Shown piece by piece: positions 38,169 through 47,778 of a stretch of 64,000 nucleotides of DNA. Numbering within the stretch: the first letter of the stretch is position 1; each line of letters starts with the position of its first letter. Both the position numbers and the translations under genes were made by a program. Origin of the DNA: an uncultured Bacilli bacterium (GTDB taxonomy: Bacteria > Bacillota_I > Bacilli_A > RF39 > UBA660); contig CAXHRJ010000001.1 in assembly GCA_964018915.1 (NCBI GenBank), forward strand, positions 544,636 through 608,635, given 5' to 3'. The notes beneath the pieces are model-generated. The model was not told the origin of the DNA. It was given only the letters and a program-made list of their open reading frames with translations, and ran no database searches.

Positions 38169-41100
38169 TTATCCTCCTACATACGTTTCATGTTCTAAAT
38201 CCCACCAATTGTTCGCTGCATCCAGATAAATATCTCTCTTTGGATTTTTTAATGAAATCCCATGAATTTGATTATTTGCCTTATTAAATTCGTTTAAAGT
38301 TCTATATTCTATTATTTTAGTTTCCTCTAATCCCCTCGCAGCATTTAAAGTCATTGGTCCATAAATATTTAATGCTCTCATCTCTAAATGTTTTCGGTAA
38401 GGATTCCTTCTATGTCTTCTTTTCGTTTCTGCTAAATCTTTAGTTCTACCAACGTATTGAACTTTATCGTTACTATCCGTTAATAGATAAACATAATAGG
38501 CTTTTGGACCTTCATCTTTTCTCTGTTTACGATCTCTAGATACTGACGATTTAATTGCAATGTCAGCTTCCCTTACTCCACTGGCAATAGTCGATATCCC
38601 TCTTCCTAGTGCCTTCACACCTTCTACAACAAATGGAATAGTCAAAGGAATTAATGGTACTAATTCTAAAGGAATAGCAAACTCTCCACTAGGATCACTA
38701 AACATAATAGGATTATTACTACAATACGCATATAGGTTATATTCTAAGATATCTCCATTTGCTCCTAATATACTATCAGCACTTATAAATCTTCCTAAAG
38801 TTGGATTATAGTATCTACTATTTAAATAATATAGATTAGTTTCTGTATCATAGTAGTATCCTCTATATCTATATGGGTTTATATCTCCTATATTATCTTC
38901 TGTTAGATTATTTACTGTTACTACTCCCCATGTGTTATATGTATAGTTTGCTACAGCATTAAATTCACAATCTAATATCTCTATTATATCACCTTGTATG
39001 TTTTTTACAAAGTAATATGTCTGATTATTTACTATTAATCCAGATACTCCACTTTCATCATATAGATATTCTATTATTTCTCCATTTCTATCTTCATAGA
39101 TAATATTATTTCCTTCTAAATAGTAATTCGTTGTTTTGCCATTTATTACTTTCTTTGTTCTTATTCCTTCTACGTTGTATTCATACTCATATTGATTATT
39201 ATCTTGACTAATAGTTTTTAATTCGTTTCCATTTGTCCATGTATAATTATATCCATTATAACTTGTCATATTTCCTATAGAATCATAAGTTATTGGTTTT
39301 TCATTAAATTGAGTTAATTGATCTTTCCAATTATTATCATATTGATATTCACCTAATATATTGGTAGAAGATGGTGTTTGTGCATCTACGATAAAATCAG
39401 TAGGAGGTACTTTAAGCATTGGAGAAAAAGCTAACGCATCCATTGTATAATTATTTTGATACTTTTGTATTAAATTACCACCTGAATCATAAGAATACCC
39501 TATATAACTATAAAACTTTCCAGAATACTCTCTTTTTAATTGGTTTAAAGAATCGTAAGAATATCTTTTTTGGTAGTTACCATTTTTTTTAATTGTCAAA
39601 ATATTTCCATTCGCATCATAAGTATACTCTAATTTCGTAGTACCATTAGTAATCCTTTTTAATAGTGTAGTTGTTTTATATTCATCTACATCATAGTATT
39701 CATAAGTTGTTGTATAGGTTTTATCATCTCTTATGATTTCTTTTTTTATTAATCTATCTAATTTATCATAAGTATAATGAACACTATAATCAGGATAAGT
39801 AATAGTTACTAATTTATCATCTGCATCATAGGTATAAGATACTTCTTTTTCTTTAGAATTATAGTTATATTTTACTTTATCTAAGTTGTTATATTGATCA
39901 TACTGATATTGTTTCTTAAAATTATTTTCTTTAATGCTAGTTATTCTACCACTTAAATCATAAGTATAATAGATATCATTATTTAAATAGTTTAAATGAG
40001 ATAAATATCCTCTATTGTTATAAGCATAAGTTGCAGTTCCTGTTGTATTTGTTTTTTTACTAATTCTACCAAAAGTATCATATTCATAATTTATTGTATC
40101 ATTATTTCCATAGATACTTTTTAGTAAATATCCATTATTTGCTTCATATTGATGAGTTATTAGTGGACTACCTGCTACTTTAATAGAAGTAGTATTTCCA
40201 TACTCATCACGTACAAAATCATAATCAAAATTATTATGGGTTATTTTAGTTAAGTAATCTTTATCATAAGTATAAGAATTGGTAGTATTACCACTTTTTA
40301 TTTGGGTTATATTATCATTAATATCATAAGTATATTCTGTTGCAATTCTTTTTGCATCTACTACTTCTGAAACAGTTCCTCTATTCTCATTATAAGTAGT
40401 AGTTACTTCATACCCTCTTTGATCAATTACTTTGTTTTGATAATTTCCATTTTCTGTATATTCTGCTTTTGTTTCGATATATTTATTTTGTCCATCCACT
40501 GGATAAATCATAAATTTTTGGGCATCTGTTAGATTACATTGATACTGTTGGATATTTCTACCTTTTTCATATATAGCTCCATGAATATCTATACAACTTT
40601 TATAATCTGTTATTTTAGTTTGAAAATAAAATGTTCCATCATTATTATTAGATAATTTATATTTTTGACTATTACTATTACTCTTATTAGATAACAAGAT
40701 ACTGATACTATTAGCAGTATTAGAATCTTTTACTGTTAAAGCTTTTTCATTTTCATCTACTATGAAATAATCTTCTCCAGTTTTTATAAATTTCCATGTC
40801 TTTTTTCCATCAATTAATTCTACATTTGAGTCTTTATCTCCCACTACTAAATTGGTTGCTACTGGCTTTATATAATAATAAGTATTTTCTTCTATGTCAT
40901 CAGTAGATCTAATCATAGATGGTTCTGTTATCTTATTACTAGTAACATTACCATAATCATCATACTCATAACTAGATGTTAATCCATTTTGATTAAATGC
41001 TTGCAATAATCTATTGGTATGATTATAGTCATACTCATAATAAAACATTCTGCCTTTTGGATTCAATGCCCCTATTAGTTCATTTTTCTTACTATAATAA

Positions 41101-44100
41101 TACCTACTATTTTGGTTTGCTAAATCGGATGTACTGATAACATTACCATTTTCATCATAGGTATAACTACTTCCCTTTTCATCTTTATATACACCTATAT
41201 TAGAAAAATAAGAATATGAGGTATTATAGTTATACGCTAAAATCACTTTAAGACTTTCATAATCCTGTTTAGCAACAAAGTTATCACTCAAATATTGCCA
41301 TTCACTTGTATCACTTAACACACTAATTACTTCTGAATATAAAATATTACCACTTCCATCTAAGTACTGAAAAACTAATTTATCAGCCTTAGAATTACCT
41401 ATCGGAGAACCATTATTCTTTGCCCAAAAACTAACATTAAACGAATCTCCTTTTTTACCACTTATTGGAATTATTTTATACAGATGTTTCCATTTTTCCA
41501 TTTCTCCATACATTTGAAAAGCATTAATTCCACGAATAGTAACTACTTTATCATTACTTCCAAGATTAGCTTGTCTTTCCCAATCAGAAGCTCCATTAGA
41601 AAAATTGCCATTATCTACTAAATTATAAGGATTGGTAACATTTCCTTCTTCCAATTGAATGTTATCTACTAAAATACTACCCACATCAAAGATTGCAATT
41701 CCTACTTTTGTATTACTAACAGAATCAGTTGGAATTGTAAATGTTTTACTATATCTATCATAGTTAGCATTTATTTTGATAGGTCCTAAAAATTCATGAT
41801 GATAAGTCCCACTAGAATCCTTATATTCATAAAAGTAATAAGCATCTATATTTCCTTTTATATAAGCAGATAAAGTATAAGTTCCTCCTGCATTCATAGG
41901 AACTGATTGCCATAAAATAGGATTACTGTTTTCTACTATTGATTCTATTTTAAAACTGTTACTACCAATATATCCATCTTTTATAACACTTACATTTCCA
42001 TTATTAACTCCCCAATTAGAAACATTCCAATAATTTAAATTCTTCTCGGCAGAACTATTTAAAATCTCATTATTAGTAGATTTCACCATTTGCGTTTCTA
42101 ATAATAGTTTATTTTTAGTAGAACCACTAGTACCATATTGATATGACACGCCGTATGCATTCTTCAAAGAATTATTCTTATCTAAACTATTAATGCTTAA
42201 TGTCTGTCCTAAATTATTAAAAGTATAATTTTCTAAATTTCCTTTATTATCTTTAAAACTAGTAGTATTACTTCCATATTTCATAGTAATGGAATTTCCT
42301 ACAGTTCCTTTATTTCCATATTCAGTTACTGATTTTACTCGATAAGGAGACTTAGAATGATAAGTGTAAGAAACAGAACTACCATCTACATTTATTACTT
42401 TTGATAATAATTTATTAGTATATTGATATTCTGTTTTTAAACTATCTGGATAGGTAATACTAGTTAGATTATTAGAGTTATATCCATACTTATAAACTCT
42501 ATTATCTACATCCGTTATACTTGTTAATAAATTATTAGTATAAGTAAGTGTTAAGGTATCTCCTACTGCATCCTCCACACTTGTAATAAGATTATAATTA
42601 GATCCATAATTAATAGTAATCTTATTATCATTAGTATCTTTTATTTCTTTTAAATACCACTTACCATTATTTTTTATAAAAGTAGAAACATTGCCACCTT
42701 TATCTTTCATAATATAATTAGTACCACTAGTTGTAATTGTTAAATCTAAGCCATCTTCATCTTTCCATGTACCAGATTCTTGATAGAAATAATGTCTAGT
42801 AGCATCTTCATCAATATATAATAAGTAATTGATACCTGATATCGTTTTTGCTTCTATTGTTTGATTAAGATTTAATCGAAAACCATTTCCATATCCTATG
42901 TTAGTCTCTTTATCATTGGTATTATAAACATGATTAATACTAACTGGTAATCTACTACCAGGAGTTGATGCATCCCTATGAATAAGTGTTAAATTTCCAT
43001 TGTAATCATTTGTCATAGTTGTAGTTCTACCAATACTTTGGGTATGTGTAGTTAAATAATTTTCTAAGCCTGTTTGATTTCTATATTGAATAATAATATA
43101 CGGTCTTTTATAAGTATAAGCACTTGATGTATCACTAGAAATAAAGGATACATCATTTCTACCACTTACTTTCTTTTCTACATGCTCTTTTAATAATAAC
43201 CCATAATTATTTCCACTTACATACCAATCTTTTACTAAACTAGTAATATCAGCAGTATTCTCTTTATTTTGATTATTAGAATCATAAGAATATTTTATAT
43301 AATCTACAATTTGAGAATTGTAAGAATCTTTCATATTATTCCAATAAGCATTAGATTCATTCCAATCTTTTGTAACTGCATGAATATCAATTTGAATATT
43401 TCCACTAGGTGGTGTCCAATCATTCGTATTTTGATAATTAAAGATATGTAGTTCAGCTGCGATTACTTGATCACCACTAGTAAGGGTTGGTAGTTTAAAT
43501 TTAATTAAACTTCTAAAGGGATTCTTATTGGTATTAATATCACTATAGGAAGTACTTCCTACCCTCAAAATATGGGCATTTCCTTTTCCTGTATTCGATG
43601 CATCATTAGGATAAATATACGTATCTACTATATCATCCCTATTAGGACTTGTAGCTATAATAGGATCAATGGTAATTGGAAATATTCTCTCTTTAGAATT
43701 TAACCAATTAGAGTCTGCCTGTAATGTAATCTCATATCCCTCTTCTACCTTTTTTGGAGTTAAGGTAATATCTGAACTAAATTCTAAATTAGAATCATAC
43801 ATTACTGGAGCACTTACATAAAATACTTCTTTCCCCTCTTTATCTAAAAATACTAATTCATTTTTTGTTAACTGTTTTACCACTAAATCTTTTGTAGTTA
43901 AAGAATAAACAAAAGTATCTTTTATAGATTCTTTATTCCCTATAATAATATTTTCTTCTATTCTATCAGAAACTAATTCATACTCTAAATCAATATCCTT
44001 TAAAACTTCAGAATACTCTATTTTTGATTCTAAAGAAGGAATAGAATAAAGTCCTGAACTAGTTAAAAAATCTTTTTCTATAGTTCCATTTGCTTTTTCT

Positions 44101-44525
44101 ATATTTTTCATTTTCCATGAAATTTCATGTTCTTTATAATTTATAGTTAATAAACTTTCTTCTTTTGAAAATTCAGATACTATATTGCTTCTTTTCGTTT
44201 TAAATCCTGAAGAAGTAGATACTAAGGTATTATCAATATCTACTAGTTTTCCATCTTCCTCATAATGAACTGCTTCTGGATAAATAACAGCTTTAATAGA
44301 GCCATCCTCTAATAAATAATGCTTTTCATTAATTGTTCTTTTTTCTAGAATTTCTCCTACTACTGATACTTCTTTTTCAGTATCATTCAATTCTGTTTTT
44401 AATTCCAGTTTACTTTTCTGTCCTTCTTTTTCTAAAAAAAAAGCAAAAGCTACTACTGGACAAGCATTTATTAAAATGGAAATAATCCATATATAAATGA
44501 GTCCATGCTTAAAAATACTTCTCAT
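38169..44525 (-). CDS. Rhs/YD-repeat wall-associated polymorphic toxin (WapA-like) with C-terminal GIY-YIG nuclease domain
   Basis: Signal peptide from MRSIFKHGLIYIW (ATG at 44525, RBS AGAGGAG). Lectin/CBM-like and ricin-B-like N-terminal regions (QQYQCN..QKF). Dozens of YD repeats (YTYDANGN, YEYD, YQYD). Rhs core end RYYNPTLGRFISADS…DPIMFSDPSGEF. C-terminal YYVYLL…VQYVGRTKDLAETKRRH matches the GIY-10aa-YIG…R nuclease signature (cf. UvrC VYRM…VIYVGKAKDLKKR). Confidence 0.9.
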   Translation of the reverse strand: MRSIFKHGLIYIWIISILINACPVVAFAFFLEKEGQKSKLELKTELNDTEKEVSVVGEILEKRTINEKHYLLEDGSIKAVIYPEAVHYEEDGKLVDIDNTLVSTSSGFKTKRSNIVSEFSKEESLLTINYKEHEISWKMKNIEKANGTIEKDFLTSSGLYSIPSLESKIEYSEVLKDIDLEYELVSDRIEENIIIGNKESIKDTFVYSLTTKDLVVKQLTKNELVFLDKEGKEVFYVSAPVMYDSNLEFSSDITLTPKKVEEGYEITLQADSNWLNSKERIFPITIDPIIATSPNRDDIVDTYIYPNDASNTGKGNAHILRVGSTSYSDINTNKNPFRSLIKFKLPTLTSGDQVIAAELHIFNYQNTNDWTPPSGNIQIDIHAVTKDWNESNAYWNNMKDSYNSQIVDYIKYSYDSNNQNKENTADITSLVKDWYVSGNNYGLLLKEHVEKKVSGRNDVSFISSDTSSAYTYKRPYIIIQYRNQTGLENYLTTHTQSIGRTTTMTNDYNGNLTLIHRDASTPGSRLPVSINHVYNTNDKETNIGYGNGFRLNLNQTIEAKTISGINYLLYIDEDATRHYFYQESGTWKDEDGLDLTITTSGTNYIMKDKGGNVSTFIKNNGKWYLKEIKDTNDNKITINYGSNYNLITSVEDAVGDTLTLTYTNNLLTSITDVDNRVYKYGYNSNNLTSITYPDSLKTEYQYTNKLLSKVINVDGSSVSYTYHSKSPYRVKSVTEYGNKGTVGNSITMKYGSNTTSFKDNKGNLENYTFNNLGQTLSINSLDKNNSLKNAYGVSYQYGTSGSTKNKLLLETQMVKSTNNEILNSSAEKNLNYWNVSNWGVNNGNVSVIKDGYIGSNSFKIESIVENSNPILWQSVPMNAGGTYTLSAYIKGNIDAYYFYEYKDSSGTYHHEFLGPIKINANYDRYSKTFTIPTDSVSNTKVGIAIFDVGSILVDNIQLEEGNVTNPYNLVDNGNFSNGASDWERQANLGSNDKVVTIRGINAFQMYGEMEKWKHLYKIIPISGKKGDSFNVSFWAKNNGSPIGNSKADKLVFQYLDGSGNILYSEVISVLSDTSEWQYLSDNFVAKQDYESLKVILAYNYNTSYSYFSNIGVYKDEKGSSYTYDENGNVISTSDLANQNSRYYYSKKNELIGALNPKGRMFYYEYDYNHTNRLLQAFNQNGLTSSYEYDDYGNVTSNKITEPSMIRSTDDIEENTYYYIKPVATNLVVGDKDSNVELIDGKKTWKFIKTGEDYFIVDENEKALTVKDSNTANSISILLSNKSNSNSQKYKLSNNNDGTFYFQTKITDYKSCIDIHGAIYEKGRNIQQYQCNLTDAQKFMIYPVDGQNKYIETKAEYTENGNYQNKVIDQRGYEVTTTYNENRGTVSEVVDAKRIATEYTYDINDNITQIKSGNTTNSYTYDKDYLTKITHNNFDYDFVRDEYGNTTSIKVAGSPLITHQYEANNGYLLKSIYGNNDTINYEYDTFGRISKKTNTTGTATYAYNNRGYLSHLNYLNNDIYYTYDLSGRITSIKENNFKKQYQYDQYNNLDKVKYNYNSKEKEVSYTYDADDKLVTITYPDYSVHYTYDKLDRLIKKEIIRDDKTYTTTYEYYDVDEYKTTTLLKRITNGTTKLEYTYDANGNILTIKKNGNYQKRYSYDSLNQLKREYSGKFYSYIGYSYDSGGNLIQKYQNNYTMDALAFSPMLKVPPTDFIVDAQTPSSTNILGEYQYDNNWKDQLTQFNEKPITYDSIGNMTSYNGYNYTWTNGNELKTISQDNNQYEYEYNVEGIRTKKVINGKTTNYYLEGNNIIYEDRNGEIIEYLYDESGVSGLIVNNQTYYFVKNIQGDIIEILDCEFNAVANYTYNTWGVVTVNNLTEDNIGDINPYRYRGYYYDTETNLYYLNSRYYNPTLGRFISADSILGANGDILEYNLYAYCSNNPIMFSDPSGEFAIPLELVPLIPLTIPFVVEGVKALGRGISTIASGVREADIAIKSSVSRDRKQRKDEGPKAYYVYLLTDSNDKVQYVGRTKDLAETKRRHRRNPYRKHLEMRALNIYGPMTLNAARGLEETKIIEYRTLNEFNKANNQIHGISLKNPKRDIYLDAANNWWDLEHETYVGG

Positions 44526-44550
44526 AACATACTCCTCTACTTTCCCTTTC

Positions 44551-44578
44551 ATTATAATATATAGGGTATATAAGTCAA
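44551..44578 (-). promoter_or_regulatory. sigma-A-type promoter of the rhs gene
   Basis: Minus strand TTGACT (plus 44573-44578) - 16 nt - TATAAT (plus 44551-44556), ~25 nt upstream of the rhs ATG. Confidence 0.55.
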
Positions 44579-44584
44579 TGAGAT

Positions 44585-44660
44585 ATGTTCGAAATGTCCA
44601 AAATCGTGTTCGAAATGGTAGAAAGACGATTTCAGACACAGTTTTAACCATTTCAAACAC
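44585..44660 (-). promoter_or_regulatory. operator-like repeat: two direct copies of TGTTCGAAATG(G) 21 bp apart plus an inverted partial copy, abutting the rhs -35
   Basis: Plus strand tgttcgaaatg at 44585-44595 and tgttcgaaatgg at 44606-44617. Inverted variant catttcaaacac at 44649-44660. TTCGAA core is palindromic. Confidence 0.35.
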
Positions 44661-44689
44661 AAAAAAAGAAATGAATAACCATTTCTTTA
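44655..44689 (-). terminator. rho-independent terminator of nrdG
   Basis: Minus strand AAAGAAATG-gttatt-CATTTCTTT hairpin overlapping the nrdG stop, followed by U7. Confidence 0.5.
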
Positions 44690-45249
44690 TACGTATAAAC
44701 CTTCTGCATGACATCTTCCATAAGTAGTTAGTTCTTCTACTTCATCAAAATCAGCAAGAACTACTGTATTTTGTTCTAAACTTTTCTTTACATCTATAAT
44801 TCTTTGATTACTAGAACCTCTAAATTTTAAGCTATAACTATGTCTAGACATAATAAATTTACCATCTACTAAGATATCAATTTGCTTTAAAAAATCCATA
44901 ATAGATTTCTTTTTTTTACTCATAATCATCAATTGTTCAAAAGTAAACCCTGTATAACACCAAACATCCATATTATTTTCATGAACACTTTTTGCGATAA
45001 TTGCACAAGCTTCTGGTTGATAGAAAGGATCCCCTCCGCTAAATGTTACTCCAGTTTGAGCCTCTAAATAACCAATCTCTTCTACAATTTCTTCTACTTC
45101 TTCTTCGAATCCACCATTAAAATCATGAGTCCCTGGATTATGGCATCCAGGACAATTATGCCCACATCCTTGTGTCCATAAAACTGTCCTAATACCTGTT
45201 CCATCTACTACACTATCTAATTGTAAATCACTCGCTAAACGTATTTTCA
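44687..45249 (-). CDS. nrdG: anaerobic ribonucleoside-triphosphate reductase activating protein (radical SAM)
   Basis: CGHNCPGCHN radical-SAM Cys cluster. Probable start MKIRLAS at 45249, whose ATG overlaps the TAA of the upstream 60-aa ORF (TAATG). Confidence 0.9.
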
Positions 45250-45432
45250 TTATGCTGCTTTTTCTTCTGTTTCTTTTAATGAACATTTAATATCTTTAAT
45301 ACCAGTGTGTTTTACTCTATCTTTTTCTTCTGCACGTTTACCGTTATTAAATCTCTTAACATCTCCTGAAAGGTATCCTGTTACCCTTCTAATTCTTTCG
45401 AATCCTACACCTTCACCAACTAATTTTTCCAT
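45250..45432 (-). CDS. stand-alone glycyl-radical tail of class III RNR (NrdD C-terminal segment encoded separately)
   Basis: RIRRVTGYLSG…NNGKRAEEKDRVKH resembles the NrdD C-terminal RVxGYLG…NxGK…RVKH glycyl-radical segment. Own RBS GAAGGAG 8 nt before ATG. Separated from nrdD by 33 nt with three in-frame stops. Confidence 0.6.
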   Translation of the reverse strand: MEKLVGEGVGFERIRRVTGYLSGDVKRFNNGKRAEEKDRVKHTGIKDIKCSLKETEEKAA

Positions 45433-45465
45433 ATTATTTTCTCCTTCTTTCTATTATTATTTATA

Positions 45466-47778
45466 TTAACAATCACAACTTAGTGACTTTATTGTCTCAA
45501 GTGGTACACTATCGAACTCTTTACGTCCACATCCTGGACAACAATCCCCGATAACGCCTACATATCCACAAACAGGGTCTCTATCTACTGGATGGTTAAT
45601 TGCACCATAACCAATTCCTGTCTCCTTCATTAAACGAATAACTTTCTCAAATGCTTCTACATTTTGAACAGTATCTCCATCTAACTCTATGTAAGAAATA
45701 TGTCCTCCATTTGTAAGAGCATGGTAGGGAGCCTCTTTTGATATTTTCTCTTTAATACTAATATTATAATAAACTGGGATATGGAATGAATTTGTATAGT
45801 ATGCTCTATCTGTTACACCCTTAATTCTTCCATAAATTGCTTTATCAATACCAATAAATCTTCCTGATAAACCTTCTGCTGGAGTTGCAATTAAAGTAAA
45901 GTTCAAATTATACTTTTCACAATATTCATTACATCTATTTCTCATAAATGTAATAATCTCAATTCCTAATTTTTGAGCTTCTTCACTTTCCCCATGATGT
46001 TTACCAATTAAAGCCTTTAAAGTCTCAGCTAAACCAATAAATCCTAATGTCAAAGTTCCATGTTTTAATAGTTTTCTTAGACGATCTGTTGTTTTTAACT
46101 TCTCTCCATCTGTCCAAACACCTGATGCAAGTAAGAATGGGAAGTTATAAACTCTTTTATTACATTGAATTTCAAATCTTTCTAATAATTGATCTCTTAC
46201 CAAATCCATCATTTCTCCTAAATCTTGATAGAAACCTTCCATATCTGCTTTTTCTCTTTCTTTTAAACAGATACCATGTTTAATACCAAGTCTTGGTAAA
46301 TTGATAGAAGTAAATGATAAGTTACCGCGACCACCTGTCGTTTGATTATTTAAATCTGTAACATCAGCCATAACACGAGTTCTACAACCCATATATCCAA
46401 CTTCTGTCCTATAATCTCCTTCTTTATAATATTCTAAATTGAATGGAGCATCTAAGAATGAGAAGTTAGGGAATAATCTTTTAGCAGACACCCTACATGC
46501 TAATTTAAATAAATCGTAGTTAGGGTCTTCTGGGTTATAATTAACGCCCTCTTTTACTTTAAATATAGATACTGGGAATATTGGAGTTTCTCCTTTTCCA
46601 AGTCCTGCTTCTGTTGCCTCTAAGAAATTTTTAATAACCATTCTTCCTTCTGGAGTAATATCTGTACCAAAGTTAACAGAACTAAATGGTACTTGTGCTC
46701 CAGCACGAGAATGCATAGTATTTAAGTTATGTACAAAAGCTTCCATAGCTTGATAAGTTTGACGATTTGTTTTTACTAATGCTCTATCATAGCATTTTTC
46801 AAATAATCTCTTAATCTTACCTGATTCGCCATAAGCAAACTCAAATTTTTCCATTGGAAACTCAATGCTTGTTAACTTATCAATTTCTTTTGCGATTCTA
46901 TCCATGTTGATAAATGATAGTAAATCTTCATAATCTAATAAATCATAGATTTGTTGTTTTAATCCTTTTTTAAATGTCTTTAATACACCAGGAGCCATAT
47001 AATAGTCAAATGCTGGAATAGATTGACCACCATGTTGGTCATTTTGATTAGATTGAATAGCAATTGCTGCAAGTGCACTATAAGAACCAATAGATGCTGG
47101 TGTTCTTAAATGTCCATGACCTGTTGAAAAACCATGCTTAAATAATCTATCTAATTCTATTTGCATACATGTTGTAGTACCCATTGCTAAGAAATCCATA
47201 TCATGAACATGAATATCTCCCTCATCATGAGCTTGTGAAAACTTCTTTTTCATTAAATATGTTTTAGCAAATTCTTTTGATACTGTACTACCATATTGAA
47301 GCATAGTACCCATTGCACTATCACCATCAATATTGGCATTTTCTCTTTTCGTATCATCTTCATTAGCAGATTTTAATCCCAATCCCTCTAATGTTTTTAA
47401 AAATTTATGTAAATGTTTATCTTCAGAGAATAGCTCTCTAGAACGAGTTCTCATTTCTCTATATTCTGAAAAAGAATCCTTTACATCTTGATATCCTTGT
47501 TTTTCAAGTTCAGCTTCAATTAAATCTTGAATCTCTTCGATTTTAATTTTTGTTTCATCTTTATATTTTTTTTCAATTGCTTTGATTACTCCTAAATAAA
47601 CCTTATTTACATCTTTTTCTGTATAAATTTTCTTTTCTTCTTCTGTATCATTAGATGTAACTACTAAATTATCAAAACCTTTTTTTATGGCAAGTGCTAT
47701 TTTACTAGCATCAAAACCTACCTTTTTTCCATTACGTTTTATAACATCTAATGTAATCTTTGTATATGCATCTGACAT
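45466..47778 (-). CDS. nrdD: anaerobic ribonucleoside-triphosphate reductase large subunit (ends after Zn-ribbon, lacks glycyl-radical motif)
   Basis: N-terminal ATP-cone-like region, class III RNR core. C-terminus DCCPGCG…SLSCDC Zn-ribbon, then stop. Confidence 0.9.
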   Translation of the reverse strand: MSDAYTKITLDVIKRNGKKVGFDASKIALAIKKGFDNLVVTSNDTEEEKKIYTEKDVNKVYLGVIKAIEKKYKDETKIKIEEIQDLIEAELEKQGYQDVKDSFSEYREMRTRSRELFSEDKHLHKFLKTLEGLGLKSANEDDTKRENANIDGDSAMGTMLQYGSTVSKEFAKTYLMKKKFSQAHDEGDIHVHDMDFLAMGTTTCMQIELDRLFKHGFSTGHGHLRTPASIGSYSALAAIAIQSNQNDQHGGQSIPAFDYYMAPGVLKTFKKGLKQQIYDLLDYEDLLSFINMDRIAKEIDKLTSIEFPMEKFEFAYGESGKIKRLFEKCYDRALVKTNRQTYQAMEAFVHNLNTMHSRAGAQVPFSSVNFGTDITPEGRMVIKNFLEATEAGLGKGETPIFPVSIFKVKEGVNYNPEDPNYDLFKLACRVSAKRLFPNFSFLDAPFNLEYYKEGDYRTEVGYMGCRTRVMADVTDLNNQTTGGRGNLSFTSINLPRLGIKHGICLKEREKADMEGFYQDLGEMMDLVRDQLLERFEIQCNKRVYNFPFLLASGVWTDGEKLKTTDRLRKLLKHGTLTLGFIGLAETLKALIGKHHGESEEAQKLGIEIITFMRNRCNEYCEKYNLNFTLIATPAEGLSGRFIGIDKAIYGRIKGVTDRAYYTNSFHIPVYYNISIKEKISKEAPYHALTNGGHISYIELDGDTVQNVEAFEKVIRLMKETGIGYGAINHPVDRDPVCGYVGVIGDCCPGCGRKEFDSVPLETIKSLSCDC

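Noticed and set aside
30818-39019. Possible CRISPR array, because of the three regularly recurring ~330-bp repeats
   Set aside because: The repeats are 330 bp of protein-coding Rhs core sequence separated by 1.2-6 kb of genes, not 25-40-bp repeats with uniform spacers. No cas genes are present.
45250-45432. Treating the 60-aa glycyl-radical ORF as a pseudogene fragment from a frameshifted nrdD
   Set aside because: Three in-frame stops, a canonical RBS, and TAATG translational coupling to nrdG indicate a deliberately separate cistron. It is kept as a finding, with sequencing-error caveats.
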